A program made the translations under genes and the position numbers. Below the pieces are notes generated by a model that searched no databases, was not told the DNA's origin, and saw only the letters and a list, made by a program, of their open reading frames with translations. A stretch of 63,886 nucleotides of DNA, the filler included, from Nanobdellota archaeon (lineage in GTDB: Archaea > Nanobdellota > Nanobdellia > Woesearchaeales > CAZZGN01), in NCBI GenBank assembly GCA_051819665.1. It is 4 parts of 4 records of this genome, joined end to end, with 100 filler letters (N's around TTAATTAATTAA, not from the genome) between each part and the next. Parts side by side here need not be neighbours in the genome. Positions count along the whole stretch, not along the records: positions 1 to 19,163 come from JBNJDG010000017.1; positions 19,264 to 37,846 come from JBNJDG010000018.1; 2 more parts are not named here. One strand, given 5' to 3'. Below, piece after piece: positions 18,283 through 28,893 of this stretch; the stretch's first letter is position 1; each line of letters starts with the position of its first letter.

Positions 18283-18980
18283 CTGAACGCCTCCGAAAAA
18301 TTTCTGATAGACATCTTACCTTCTATCCTTATCATGTTCTCCGTAAGGGAATCATCCGGGAGAGGTATGAAGCCTGAAGACTCGGCAAGCCTGCAGGCAA
18401 GATCAGAGGAATCATCTCCGAATCTTATCTCTTCCTCACCCTCTGCAAATATTATGACCTCACCATATTCATGCTTTGAAGGCAGATCCTTGGAGACATC
18501 GATTTTGCCGAATTCAAGCACATTTAATTCATGATAGTGGCCTTCATTTCCTTCATACACTATACCCAGTGAACTCCTGTTGAGCTCGAGAGGAGTACAT
18601 GAATAAGAAGGCAGTGAAGGATCATCATTCAAATAGATTATATCCGATCTCTTGAAATAATTTTCCTCTCCCGTAGAGCCGACTGAAACATTTATCCACC
18701 CTACAAATTCCCTGCTGTTAGACTCTACATTGAATTCCCCGTCCGAAGCATTGATATCATAATCAAGTTTATGAGAATAATTAACCCATGCCGGTCCCGG
18801 CGAAGCCATTAAAGTTTCGGCCATGTAAGCACCATCAATAGCGAAATACTGCCTTCTCGCAGCCTCAAAACCATTATTCTGGGCAAAATATAGGCCTATT
18901 ATCATGACTATGGTCAGGCCAAGGATTATCCCGAACAGCTTTATCAGTACCTTATGGCTTCCCCTTTTTCCCCTGAACAT
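18279..18980 (-). CDS. Pilin-like protein (class III signal peptide)
   Basis: MFRGKRGS plus hydrophobic helix. Confidence 0.7.
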   Translation of the reverse strand: MFRGKRGSHKVLIKLFGIILGLTIVMIIGLYFAQNNGFEAARRQYFAIDGAYMAETLMASPGPAWVNYSHKLDYDINASDGEFNVESNSREFVGWINVSVGSTGEENYFKRSDIIYLNDDPSLPSYSCTPLELNRSSLGIVYEGNEGHYHELNVLEFGKIDVSKDLPSKHEYGEVIIFAEGEEEIRFGDDSSDLACRLAESSGFIPLPDDSLTENMIRIEGKMSIRNFSEAFR

Positions 18981-19003
18981 AAGACAATCACATTATCAGG
19001 GAT

Positions 19004-19163
19004 TTATATGTCTGTCGATTGGGGTGAGCAATTCCTTGCGCTTTTCCTCATGCAGACATCGATTACATCACTATCATCATTCTCATCAAAAATGATCCTG
19101 TTAGAATATCCCAGTCTGATTATATCCCCTCTATCCCAGTCATATTGCGGCAACCAATCAGTA
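19004..19163 (-). CDS. 3' fragment of a hypothetical gene truncated by the gap
   Basis: Open frame ...TDWLPQYDWDRGDIIRLGYSNRIIFDE...STDI* running out of the N gap. Confidence 0.45.
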
Positions 19164-19263
19164 NNNNNNNNNNNNNNNNNNNNNNNNNNNNNNNNNNNNN
19201 NNNNNNNTTAATTAATTAANNNNNNNNNNNNNNNNNNNNNNNNNNNNNNNNNNNNNNNNNNNN
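19164..19263. other. Assembly gap with artificial TTAATTAATTAA linker
   Basis: N run with a 12-mer giving stops in all frames; identical at all three gaps. Confidence 0.95.
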
Positions 19264-20079
19264 TGTGTATTTACCCTTCATCGTGCTATTATCCGTCTGT
19301 ATCGTGTTATAAACAGGAAGAGAGAACTTCCCTGGTTCCTTGACCTCCCTTGTCACATCCATGACATTATCATAACTTAGGTTATTTATAACATTTCCCC
19401 TTGGGTCTATGACTTCCCTGTCCTCGAAGAAGCCGATCTTGTTTATTCCCTTCACCTCCTGTGACTTAAGATGAAGCTTGAACATCAGGTATACTTTATC
19501 ACCCTTCCTGAAAACCCCTTCCTTATTCTCGAAGCAGTTGTAGAACTGGTCTATCTCGTCACAGAACATGTACTCGAAAAGCTCTATCTTACCCTTCTTG
19601 GGACTGAACAGCTCATCATCACTCTCCTCTTCCGTATCATTGACCGTTTTCTCATCCGTCTTGTTCTGTTCCTCGCTTTCATCATCCTCATCTGTCACTT
19701 CATCGTTAGTGAGAAGATCATCCTCTTCCTGTTGTGTTCCTGAAGGGCTCTCCTCTGAAGGGTCTGTTGTTGATGGGCCGCTCTGGACAAAATATATCAC
19801 AAGGAAAGCCGCCAATGCAATAAAAATTATAACGCCTACCATGAGGAGAACATTCCTCTTAGGCACATTATGCTCATGGTGAACAGGCCTCTGTTCAACA
19901 GGCTGGCTAACCCTCGGGGGCGTGGAGAGGTAAAGCCTCTGTCTCTGATCCTCTTTGAAAGCATCTATGACCGTTTGGTTATCATAGCCGTAGCTAATCA
20001 GGGCCTGTTGTATCTGCTGTCTTGTATAGCCCTGCGAAAGATACGTCCTGACATAGTTCACCAAACTCTGATCTACCAT
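19264..20079 (-). CDS. Single-pass membrane protein with acidic linker, 3'-truncated by the gap
   Basis: MVDQSLVNYVRTYLSQGY N-terminal domain, one TM segment, D/E-rich linker, beta-rich C-terminus. Confidence 0.75.
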
Positions 20080-20083
20080 TATT

Positions 20084-22414
20084 TCATTCCAGCTCTGGCC
20101 TGAATGCGTAGGGTGTCTGCATGGAATACTCCGCAAAATTCTTCATATTCTTAAGCTCATGATGTCTCTCCGGAGGATCAGCTCTGTATGCAAAGAACGT
20201 AACATTATCTGCATCCATAAGATTCTCATAATCTACATGCCAATAGCCAGAGGTCTTATTGACTATAGCCCCACCTAAAGGAGCTGAAGGCATATAAGTG
20301 TTTGTCATGGATGCGTTCTTGCCACTACCTTTACAATCTTCACAATAATACCCCACCTTATAGCAATCAGATTCCTTGAAACATTCCCTGTCCAATTCAG
20401 CATCATCCACCCTGTCTATAGCGCCACTCTTTCCACTACACTGTGGAGGTACTTCACATAAGGGGTCACCATCATCATCCTCTTTCGGATACTTTTTACA
20501 TCTTGTAAGATCCCCCTGTTCTTCTATGCAGATTCTATTCTTCTCCTCTGATATGTTCACCCCTTCATAAGTGATGTAAGTGATTGTAACCCTGTAATCT
20601 CCTTCCGTTAGCTCAAACATATCATAGATCTCTTTACCTTTATTATACAATGCCGGCACACTGCTCTCTCCCTGCCATTTATTATCCTTTACCCTCTCAG
20701 CCTGGACAATCACAGTCTCATTCTCGTTGGGAGATCTGAGTCCGGCATCCCTCGTGCCAAGAGGATCACCTGTTGTGGACATCTTCTCATAAGTGCTATG
20801 ATTAAATATCTTCAAAGAGACATTCTTATGTACAAGAGGTTTCAGCCTTACTTTTTTATTGCTGCCAAGATCTTCCACAGAGATGTATTGGTCAAGATAA
20901 CCATTCTTTCTGAACCTCAAGGTACCTCCCGAAGCCATAGGTAACCTTGTCTTCAACTTACCAGACCCATTTGTAGTCGAAAGCGAACATTCCTCACCCG
21001 CATAAAAATGAACCTTAACATCTTCCACTGATTCACCTGAATAATCATTTAATACTTCAAAATCGTATACTTCTTCACCAGGGAAATCACACAACAAAGA
21101 ACCAGATGAAGAAACATCACCTGTTATATCACTATCTGATTTAAAGAATCTATTGCCCCTGATATTCCCCTCAAGAGCAAATCGGAACACTTTTTGCCTC
21201 CCTTTATCATTTATCTTCCTAAGCTCAACCATTGTCGGGAAAGAAAAATCATAAAAAGCCATGTACTCTGACGGTATCAGATTAGCATACAATTGTTCTA
21301 TCTTACTTCCAGTGTCAATAGTCTGGGACGGACCGATTATTTGCCCTTGTTCCGGCGGACTGACATCAAAGAAAATATCCCACCAATCATAATAAAGGAA
21401 AGACACAAACACGTCTCTCTCCTCAGAGAAAGGTGCTACTGTAAACTCATTAGAGACACCCTGTTCAAACTTATAATCCATATCCTCAATTTTGGGCATT
21501 GCCACTGTTGAAGTATTTGCAAGCCTTAAAGCAGGCATATAGGACATAAGCAGTTTTTCGAATTTATCCTCCAGATTATATTTTGTCCACCTGGGCTTTT
21601 CTACACCAGTTATGACAGTATTAAAAGGAGGGAACTCTCCGTCCATCCTTGCATAATAGGACAGGACATTCTTCGCATGCCTGGAGACGAAACCATTCTC
21701 TTGCTCAAATTTGGTTACCTCATAAGCTTCCTTATAGAAATCATATAATAATGAGCTCATTGATACAGAGAACCGGGACTTCTCAGTATTCTTACCCTTG
21801 AACTTCATAGATATAGGATAATCCATCTCTGAAAGAACGCTGTCATTCCTTACCGTTATACTAACTTCCGGAGACTCTTCAGGCTCCTCTATCTCATAAC
21901 CCTTCTTCTCTAGCCCTGTGAAGGATTTAAGGCACGAGTCCATATTATCCTCTATATACCTCGCGAGCTCTGTCTCTACGGAATTTTCACCAGAGAGAAA
22001 ACAATCATTCTCCTGTTTGCACAATGGCTTCATCAATGAAGAGAAATCACAACTAGAACTGCATTGATTCTTGCTCTTCATATGGTACCAATAAGGCACC
22101 TTATATCCTGAACCAGGATACACTTCAACAGAATTGCCCTCTGTAGTATCAGGAGAGGACACCATATTACCCTGATATATATAACCACCATGATGCATAA
22201 GCTCATCTATGCCTTCTCTTGTAAGATCATGAAGGCACTGCTCCACATAATTCTGCACAGGACCTACATTCGAGGGAACCTCGTCCGGAGAACCTTCCTC
22301 CGGCTCTTTCACATCTTTCTCCGAATCCCCCTCCAGGAAAAAGAACAGACCTGCAACAAGGATTATCAGGACTCCAGCAACTATAAAAAAACTTATCTGA
22401 CCTCTTTTTTTCAT
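20084..22414 (-). CDS. Large class III signal-peptide (pilin-like) protein, Cys-rich C-terminus
   Basis: MKKRGQISFFIVAGVLII; VQNYVEQCL...HGGY. Confidence 0.8.
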   Translation of the reverse strand: MKKRGQISFFIVAGVLIILVAGLFFFLEGDSEKDVKEPEEGSPDEVPSNVGPVQNYVEQCLHDLTREGIDELMHHGGYIYQGNMVSSPDTTEGNSVEVYPGSGYKVPYWYHMKSKNQCSSSCDFSSLMKPLCKQENDCFLSGENSVETELARYIEDNMDSCLKSFTGLEKKGYEIEEPEESPEVSITVRNDSVLSEMDYPISMKFKGKNTEKSRFSVSMSSLLYDFYKEAYEVTKFEQENGFVSRHAKNVLSYYARMDGEFPPFNTVITGVEKPRWTKYNLEDKFEKLLMSYMPALRLANTSTVAMPKIEDMDYKFEQGVSNEFTVAPFSEERDVFVSFLYYDWWDIFFDVSPPEQGQIIGPSQTIDTGSKIEQLYANLIPSEYMAFYDFSFPTMVELRKINDKGRQKVFRFALEGNIRGNRFFKSDSDITGDVSSSGSLLCDFPGEEVYDFEVLNDYSGESVEDVKVHFYAGEECSLSTTNGSGKLKTRLPMASGGTLRFRKNGYLDQYISVEDLGSNKKVRLKPLVHKNVSLKIFNHSTYEKMSTTGDPLGTRDAGLRSPNENETVIVQAERVKDNKWQGESSVPALYNKGKEIYDMFELTEGDYRVTITYITYEGVNISEEKNRICIEEQGDLTRCKKYPKEDDDGDPLCEVPPQCSGKSGAIDRVDDAELDRECFKESDCYKVGYYCEDCKGSGKNASMTNTYMPSAPLGGAIVNKTSGYWHVDYENLMDADNVTFFAYRADPPERHHELKNMKNFAEYSMQTPYAFRPELE

Positions 22415-22425
22415 ATATATCACAC

Positions 22426-23808
22426 TCAAACCGGAGGATCGTCTTCTCCGCCGCCTGATTCACCATCCCCCTCCGTACCACTGTTCACAGGTGTACCAGC
22501 AGTATCATCATCTTTATCCCCCTCTTTATTGGCTGAATAAGTTCCACCCATCTGACTAACTGATACAGGATAAGGGATCACACATCCCTGGTCCATATAT
22601 GAATCCTCCGGATCATATTGGAAATGCCGTGAATTAAAATAAATATTCTTATCCAGATCATCTTCTGTATCCTCTGTTGTAGAGCCATACTCAGGACATT
22701 TCTCATTCTGGCCAGGAGGGTACCGAGCATTACCATCCAATTCAAAACCATTACCGAACCTTATGTATATACCTGTGTATTTCTTTTTATTATAAAATGA
22801 GACTGTATTAGCATCATTATCTCCGGGAGAGACATTCCTTATCTTATCACTTACAAACCAGTCATCCTCACCACCTTGGGTTGTAAGCACTATATTATAC
22901 TGAAGGGACCCATCATCGAGAAGACCCTTATCATCGAGTTGAGAGTTTGAGAGAGATTCTATCTCCCCCGACGTATATGGATGGTGTACATTCCAGGAAA
23001 ACTTATAAAGATAGCCTTTTGGTTTTCCATCAGCATCCGGAAACCATTTATGATCATTGTCCCAATCCATTAAAGCTTTCCCGTTCTCATCAGCATATTC
23101 TTTTCTTCTCCCGTATGCATACATCATTGTGCTTCCGTCAGGGCTGGGCCATCCTCCTGGACCTCCTGTAAACCGAGAAGAATAATAATCCTTATAATTA
23201 TTCCTCAGCTTCTCTGTCTGCTCATAGCAAAAAGCCTTCTCTACTACCTTGGCACTTGGGCTTGTAACCCATTCAGTCAACTTCCTTCCGAACTCACTTC
23301 CACCAACCCAATTATTGAAAGCCGCATTAATCCCCGTAGCTTTATCTATAAAATCACCTATTGCCTTTTCAGAAGCACTAGGAAATATAGAAGTCCAAAA
23401 AGATGTATCCCTGTCATAATACTGATTCGCAAGCTCCTTCTCTTCTTGACTCATCTCCTTACTATCCACATCTACCTTTTCATCGAATTGTTTTTTAAAC
23501 TTTCTCAATTCTTTTTCCTGCTTCTTTTGTACATTTTTTTCATTAGGATTTAGATTTATATCATCCAGAGTGGCATATTGCTCTACACCAACTCCATCGT
23601 CCTCTGTCTCATCTTCACCATCCGTCTCTTCCTCATTTCCATGAAAACATTTCTTTGATGGGTCATCACATCCACCATCATCGTTATTCTCTTTATCTAA
23701 CTCAGGGTCTGTTGAATCACCATATTCCTGCCCCGCCACAAGCACCGACAGGGAGAGCATAAGCATGATTACCAATGACAGTCCAACAATTATCTTACCC
23801 GCTCTCAT
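22426..23808 (-). CDS. Secreted acidic hypothetical protein
   Basis: N-terminal signal peptide; D/E-rich termini; overlaps the upstream gene by 4 nt. Confidence 0.75.
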   Translation of the reverse strand: MRAGKIIVGLSLVIMLMLSLSVLVAGQEYGDSTDPELDKENNDDGGCDDPSKKCFHGNEEETDGEDETEDDGVGVEQYATLDDINLNPNEKNVQKKQEKELRKFKKQFDEKVDVDSKEMSQEEKELANQYYDRDTSFWTSIFPSASEKAIGDFIDKATGINAAFNNWVGGSEFGRKLTEWVTSPSAKVVEKAFCYEQTEKLRNNYKDYYSSRFTGGPGGWPSPDGSTMMYAYGRRKEYADENGKALMDWDNDHKWFPDADGKPKGYLYKFSWNVHHPYTSGEIESLSNSQLDDKGLLDDGSLQYNIVLTTQGGEDDWFVSDKIRNVSPGDNDANTVSFYNKKKYTGIYIRFGNGFELDGNARYPPGQNEKCPEYGSTTEDTEDDLDKNIYFNSRHFQYDPEDSYMDQGCVIPYPVSVSQMGGTYSANKEGDKDDDTAGTPVNSGTEGDGESGGGEDDPPV

Positions 23809-26800
23809 ACCTGACCACCTTCCATTCCTTCATTATCATCATCGCCACCCTCGACCTTGGTCTCATTATAAGCATCCTTCAACTGTTCACAGTAATCAGG
23901 CTCACCACTACTTCCTAGATTAGAGATGATATTTATCCCACCCATGACAGTAGAATAAAGCTGCATTGAAGCCTCAAGCAGATTAAAAGCAGAAGATATT
24001 CCACAAGCCACTGCATTACCATTTGAATCACATGCATAATTTATTCCCTTTTTTGTCCCAACATATATAAGCGCACTGGGATTATTAAGATATTCACCCA
24101 CTGACCTCTCAATAAATTCACCCAATCCTGTCGCCCCCAAAAGCGCATGTAATATCCCCGCTAACTCTCCTTCCATGCATCTCCTATAAGAATAAAGATC
24201 ATCACATACCGATTTAGGAAAATTCGTATTCGCGGCTTCGTAATAACACAAGGACTTCCAGCATTTAAGCTGCATATGCCTTGTAGATTTATATACAAAT
24301 CCTGGCAGACATATTCCCACTATAGATAAAATATAACTCTTTTTTGCCATCTCAAGTTCAGTATAAGGGAAACTACCAACTTCACCTTCAATACTTTGAA
24401 CAGTCTCACGACCTAAAAGGCTTTCTGCACCCATACCTTTCCAAATCGCTTCCCCTGTTTCTCTGATAACTGGCAAAAGTCCACCAGGAAACTGGACCGA
24501 TACATCTTCAGGCATAAATTCGCCCATACTGTCAAAAATGTCACCCTCACTATCTGATTCTCCACTACCTTCCTGAGAATCCCCACTGCTCTCAGAACTA
24601 TCCATATCAATTGAGCCTTGACCTTCCCCGAGTTCTTTACCTTCTTCCTGCACATCATACTCGTTCTCAACATCCTCGGAAGCCCCTTCAAAATCAATCT
24701 CGTCGGTTCCCTCACCCTCTTCCTCAGGAGCAGCTGTACACTGCACCAAAGCACATACCCAGCTTGCAATTTTACTGTTAAAGATAGAATCAAGCCAGGA
24801 GATCACTTGTTTAACATAGGCCAGTGCTGTAGCAGCTGGTTGCAAAATACCAGTAGAAGAAAGAGCAGTAATTACAGCCCCAAGAGCACCATTGATTCCG
24901 GAGATTATCGAAGTGATTGTACAAATATCCGAAAGGATATCAATGAAACCCTTTAAATCCCTATACCACCAGCTCCATTCATTATATTGGTCTATCACAT
25001 CCTCTATCTCACTTCCTAACTCAGCACCTGGGCTATCAATGGTTGAAGCTATCTCTACATCTAAAGAAACATTCTCCACCTCAGGAGTGTTATAGACCAT
25101 GTCTCCTTTTGTAGGCGTTATGGCTAGATAACATTCCTTATCTCCTCCGGGAATCCTGAAACTATCCCCCCCTCCATCATATGCATCCCTTATAAGCGAG
25201 GGATCAACCGGAAACTGGATGAAACCGCTGTAATCCTCGCCCTCTTCACTTGTATCCCCCATGAAAACAGAGCCAGCAGTACAATCTCCTGCCAATCTAT
25301 AATCCAGGACCTGTCCATCGCACCCTTTCTCTTTAAGATTAAAAGGAGCCATTTGCAGATAGAAACCACTCATGTACTTAACCGCTGAATACTCCACCGG
25401 CAATATATCATGGAATTCGATATCATAACAATCAGGAGCATCATCCGTCGGGTTGTATATCTCCACCTCTGTCTCATTTTCAAGAACATTCCCAGCAGGA
25501 TCATGGAACTCGAAATCAATGACAGGCTTTGAATGTCCGTTCCTTATCGGATCAGTCTCCCATGTGCATTTATAGTCTCCTTCCTGTTCACTGCAGCTTC
25601 CTTCAACCTCGCCATAACCAGAAGAGCTCTCGCCGATGAGCTCGGTCATATTGGCCACTGCCTTATCAACACCAACATTATCAGACACAGTAGCCTCTAT
25701 CTTCAGAACATCATTGGATTTATGGAAATCCAGAAGGCCATTCTCGGTAACGGATTTGATGGACAGGTTCTTTATCTCGGGTTTCTCACCATCATAATAG
25801 ACCCTTGCCTGATCCTTGCCTTTGAAACCAGTATTACCTGCTATATCCTTAGACTGAGCATTTACATAGAGATAATAATCCTGTGCCGAATTACCTTCTC
25901 CCAGATCAACATCCCAGTAGCATGTCCATCCTTCTTCACAGCGATCTGCAGGTACATTCTCACTGCTCTTACCACGCAATGAGCTCATATCAAGAAATAC
26001 ATCATCCGGAGAAAGACCTGAGCCGGCTTCCTCAATATTCATGATGAAAGTATTCTCTCCTTCCTTGAAATAACTGTCACCATCGAAGGTATTCTCCTTA
26101 CCGATGAAATTAACTTTAAGAGCAGTTTCATCCTTAGTGAAGCTTCCGCCGAATTGAGCTTCAGCTATATTACCTTTCTTATCCGTAGCAGTGACATTGA
26201 TATCCGCCGGGGAAGAAGCAGCCGTTACACCAGTAATAGTACAATTATAACCCTCATGAAGAGGTGTACAATCACTAACAGGCACAGGTATCTCATCATT
26301 ATTCTCGTCAGCAAGGAGCGTAACCTTCTCAAGATTAGCATCATCCACGATCACGCTCAGTTCACCAGTCAGACCCGATGAAGGAATATGGGTCACTTCC
26401 TGACCTTCTTTCCTGAACTCAAACCCCTTTATATCGGGCTTAGTGAAATCTGTTGTGAAAGTCTGCGTAACATAATCAGCATGCTTCGCATTATCAGACA
26501 GACCTTCCCAGAAATTATCCCTTACCTTTATATTGAAATCATGCTCTCCATCTTTTGAATAATCAAGTACCTTAGCGTCATTCGCCGGATCTTTCGTGCC
26601 GGGCTCCTGGGAGATATCAATACTGCCCACAGCATCCTCTCCATCGAATACTCTTATCTCCTTTATACCAACAGAGGAATCACACTCTGAGATATCCTCT
26701 GCATTATAATCGAATTCCAGCCCCCCTTCCGCCTGACTTATCTCTACAGAATGTATCTGCGGACTCTGGCTGTCAATACAAACTTTCTTCTGATGTGAAT

Positions 26801-27185
26801 ATTCGTTATACTTCACCACAGCATCAAAAGGCTCCTTGGGAACCCAGGTCATACCGCATGTGCATTTATATGAATTCTGATGTTCCGGCGTCGCCTCCAT
26901 CTTCGTACAGCTCGAAGTCATGCACATATCACTGGAAAACTTGCTTGTACTATCGAACGATGGAAGCTCGATACTCACCTGGTCCGTCGTCACAGCAGTC
27001 TCTTTGTCCGGAGCCTCAATGATAGCCTCGAAAGTTACAGCCTCATCACCTTTCAGAAAACCATCAACATCGCTCTCACCTCGGGCGTCTACCGAGGTTA
27101 TCTGAGCGAAGCTCAATGCAGAATTAAGCGGAAAGAAAACTATCAGGAAAGTGGCCATTATAGCGAATATCTTAAGGCTGTTCAT
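23805..27185 (-). CDS. Large secreted protein with Ig-like repeats and hydrophobic Cys-rich C-terminal region
   Basis: Signal peptide; repeated D..P.I and D.AGN Ig-like boundary motifs; hydrophobic segments flanking an acidic linker. Confidence 0.75.
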   Translation of the reverse strand: MNSLKIFAIMATFLIVFFPLNSALSFAQITSVDARGESDVDGFLKGDEAVTFEAIIEAPDKETAVTTDQVSIELPSFDSTSKFSSDMCMTSSCTKMEATPEHQNSYKCTCGMTWVPKEPFDAVVKYNEYSHQKKVCIDSQSPQIHSVEISQAEGGLEFDYNAEDISECDSSVGIKEIRVFDGEDAVGSIDISQEPGTKDPANDAKVLDYSKDGEHDFNIKVRDNFWEGLSDNAKHADYVTQTFTTDFTKPDIKGFEFRKEGQEVTHIPSSGLTGELSVIVDDANLEKVTLLADENNDEIPVPVSDCTPLHEGYNCTITGVTAASSPADINVTATDKKGNIAEAQFGGSFTKDETALKVNFIGKENTFDGDSYFKEGENTFIMNIEEAGSGLSPDDVFLDMSSLRGKSSENVPADRCEEGWTCYWDVDLGEGNSAQDYYLYVNAQSKDIAGNTGFKGKDQARVYYDGEKPEIKNLSIKSVTENGLLDFHKSNDVLKIEATVSDNVGVDKAVANMTELIGESSSGYGEVEGSCSEQEGDYKCTWETDPIRNGHSKPVIDFEFHDPAGNVLENETEVEIYNPTDDAPDCYDIEFHDILPVEYSAVKYMSGFYLQMAPFNLKEKGCDGQVLDYRLAGDCTAGSVFMGDTSEEGEDYSGFIQFPVDPSLIRDAYDGGGDSFRIPGGDKECYLAITPTKGDMVYNTPEVENVSLDVEIASTIDSPGAELGSEIEDVIDQYNEWSWWYRDLKGFIDILSDICTITSIISGINGALGAVITALSSTGILQPAATALAYVKQVISWLDSIFNSKIASWVCALVQCTAAPEEEGEGTDEIDFEGASEDVENEYDVQEEGKELGEGQGSIDMDSSESSGDSQEGSGESDSEGDIFDSMGEFMPEDVSVQFPGGLLPVIRETGEAIWKGMGAESLLGRETVQSIEGEVGSFPYTELEMAKKSYILSIVGICLPGFVYKSTRHMQLKCWKSLCYYEAANTNFPKSVCDDLYSYRRCMEGELAGILHALLGATGLGEFIERSVGEYLNNPSALIYVGTKKGINYACDSNGNAVACGISSAFNLLEASMQLYSTVMGGINIISNLGSSGEPDYCEQLKDAYNETKVEGGDDDNEGMEGGQV

Positions 27186-27323
27186 GATAAAATTCCTAAT
27201 AGAAGTAATATTTAAAGTTTATGTTCAGTCTATGGCCCTTCAAGCCCATCAAAAGAGCCTCTAATAAGAGAAAAAGACAATAAGAATCAGAAGAATAAAA
27301 TCAAAATGAAGAGTAAACTTTAC

Positions 27324-27803
27324 TCATTCATTTACATTCGCGAAGACCTGCCCTCTCGCCGTATGGTTAAGGTCGGTCCTTTCATAAGACCATTCTAACT
27401 CAAGGTCCATCTTTGTCTTCCTGGTTCCTCCTGCCTCAAGGCCTGAACAGTCTGCAGAGATGGTATCAGTCTCCCCGTTGTTTATAGTGGTCTCACTGGA
27501 TATGTTCTCACAAACAGCATCTCCCTGGCTCTCATCCAGAGTGAGATTATTGATAACTATCTCTCTTCCCTTACTGTTCTGGATAACCAGGCTTACTGAT
27601 TCATCACCTGCATCCAATTGCCAATCCTGACAGTTGATACCGGACTCAATCTGGCATCTCTCAGGCACGAGCTTACCCGGACTCAAAACACCGAAATAAG
27701 CCAATGCACCGATTATCACTAATACTACAAGAATCGCCCAGCCATAAGTCATCAGAAACTCTAGCGCTGCCTGTCCTCTTTTATTTGAATTCATTAACAT
27801 CAC
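27324..27803 (-). CDS. Archaeal type IV pilin (probable major pilin)
   Basis: KRGQAALEFLMTYGWAILVVLVIIGALAYFGV, Glu at +5; exact start Met uncertain. Confidence 0.92.
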   Translation of the reverse strand: MMLMNSNKRGQAALEFLMTYGWAILVVLVIIGALAYFGVLSPGKLVPERCQIESGINCQDWQLDAGDESVSLVIQNSKGREIVINNLTLDESQGDAVCENISSETTINNGETDTISADCSGLEAGGTRKTKMDLELEWSYERTDLNHTARGQVFANVNE

Positions 27804-27861
27804 CTATCATACACTAATATACATTTTAGGGAACCACTAATATTTAAATATTTTGTTTTTT

Positions 27862-28893
27862 CTATATAAAACCAGAGAATACATACGATAGAACAGTCCT
27901 GAAGAACAGATACATGAGAACAGAAACACCTATGAATATAGGGATATACTTAACACCATCCTTCATATTCCCCTTCCTGATTATCGAAAGGATGAGTGAA
28001 GAGAAGAAAGAGATCACAGTGAGAGCACCCATCGAGAACATCCTGAAAGAAGCGGGATCTATGGATATATCTGAAAGGTCCATCATGGAAAAAGAAGAAC
28101 TCCCTGAGGAGGTAGCATTGGATATAGTTCCCCCTATCTCCTGAAGAACCAGAAGAAGATTATAAGAAAGGCCGAACAAGGCAGGAGCTATGATAAGGAC
28201 AATCGCCACGATGAAGATCACATAAGTCGTATTGGCAGCTGCCATCTCCTGTTTAAGTTCCTTGGTTTCCCTTATATCCTTCTCCACCTTATCTATGATA
28301 TAAGCTACATTACCTCCTCCTTTCATACCCTCAACGATCAGCTGGAATGATCTCTTCAATATGGGAGAATCATACTTTTCTGTAAACTCCATCAGGGCAT
28401 CCTTGACATCCTGACCCGTGACAACTCTCTTAGCAACAAGGCTTATCTCCTTAGCAAGTATGCCGAACTGAGGCTTTATCGCTCTCCACAAAGCCCTTTC
28501 AAAGGTCATCCCTCCCTTAAGATTCTCTGAAAGATAACGGAGAAAGTCCTCAAGGACCGCTTCCATATTCTTCGTCCTCCTATATATCTTGATATCAAGA
28601 TGGATATAAAGAAGCATCACAATAACAAACAACACTGCAGATTGTATAGCCACCCAGAACACGAAAGTAAGAAGCATGAAAAGTAGACTGTTGAGGTCCT
28701 GAATGTAGGGGAATATGAAACCGACAAGCGCAACACCTGTAACAAAAACACTGAACACGAAAAAGAAACCATACTGTCTGTAAGGAACCTCCTCATATCC
28801 TGCCTTAGCAAGATATCTCCTAAGTCTCGGCCTTATACTCTTGGGTATGAAGGCCTTACCGAACTCCCCCAAACTTATAAGATTATGACTCAT
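27862..28893 (-). CDS. Type IV pilus membrane platform protein (T2SSF, TadC/PilC-like)
   Basis: DFLRYLSENLKGGMTFERAL, FGILAKEI, GMKGGGN; multiple TM segments. Confidence 0.9.
   Translation of the reverse strand: MSHNLISLGEFGKAFIPKSIRPRLRRYLAKAGYEEVPYRQYGFFFVFSVFVTGVALVGFIFPYIQDLNSLLFMLLTFVFWVAIQSAVLFVIVMLLYIHLDIKIYRRTKNMEAVLEDFLRYLSENLKGGMTFERALWRAIKPQFGILAKEISLVAKRVVTGQDVKDALMEFTEKYDSPILKRSFQLIVEGMKGGGNVAYIIDKVEKDIRETKELKQEMAAANTTYVIFIVAIVLIIAPALFGLSYNLLLVLQEIGGTISNATSSGSSSFSMMDLSDISIDPASFRMFSMGALTVISFFSSLILSIIRKGNMKDGVKYIPIFIGVSVLMYLFFRTVLSYVFSGFI

Noticed and set aside
19208..19219. TTAATTAATTAA palindrome recurring at 19208, 37891 and 56314
   Set aside because: Always centred in N runs; artificial all-frame-stop contig linker, not biology
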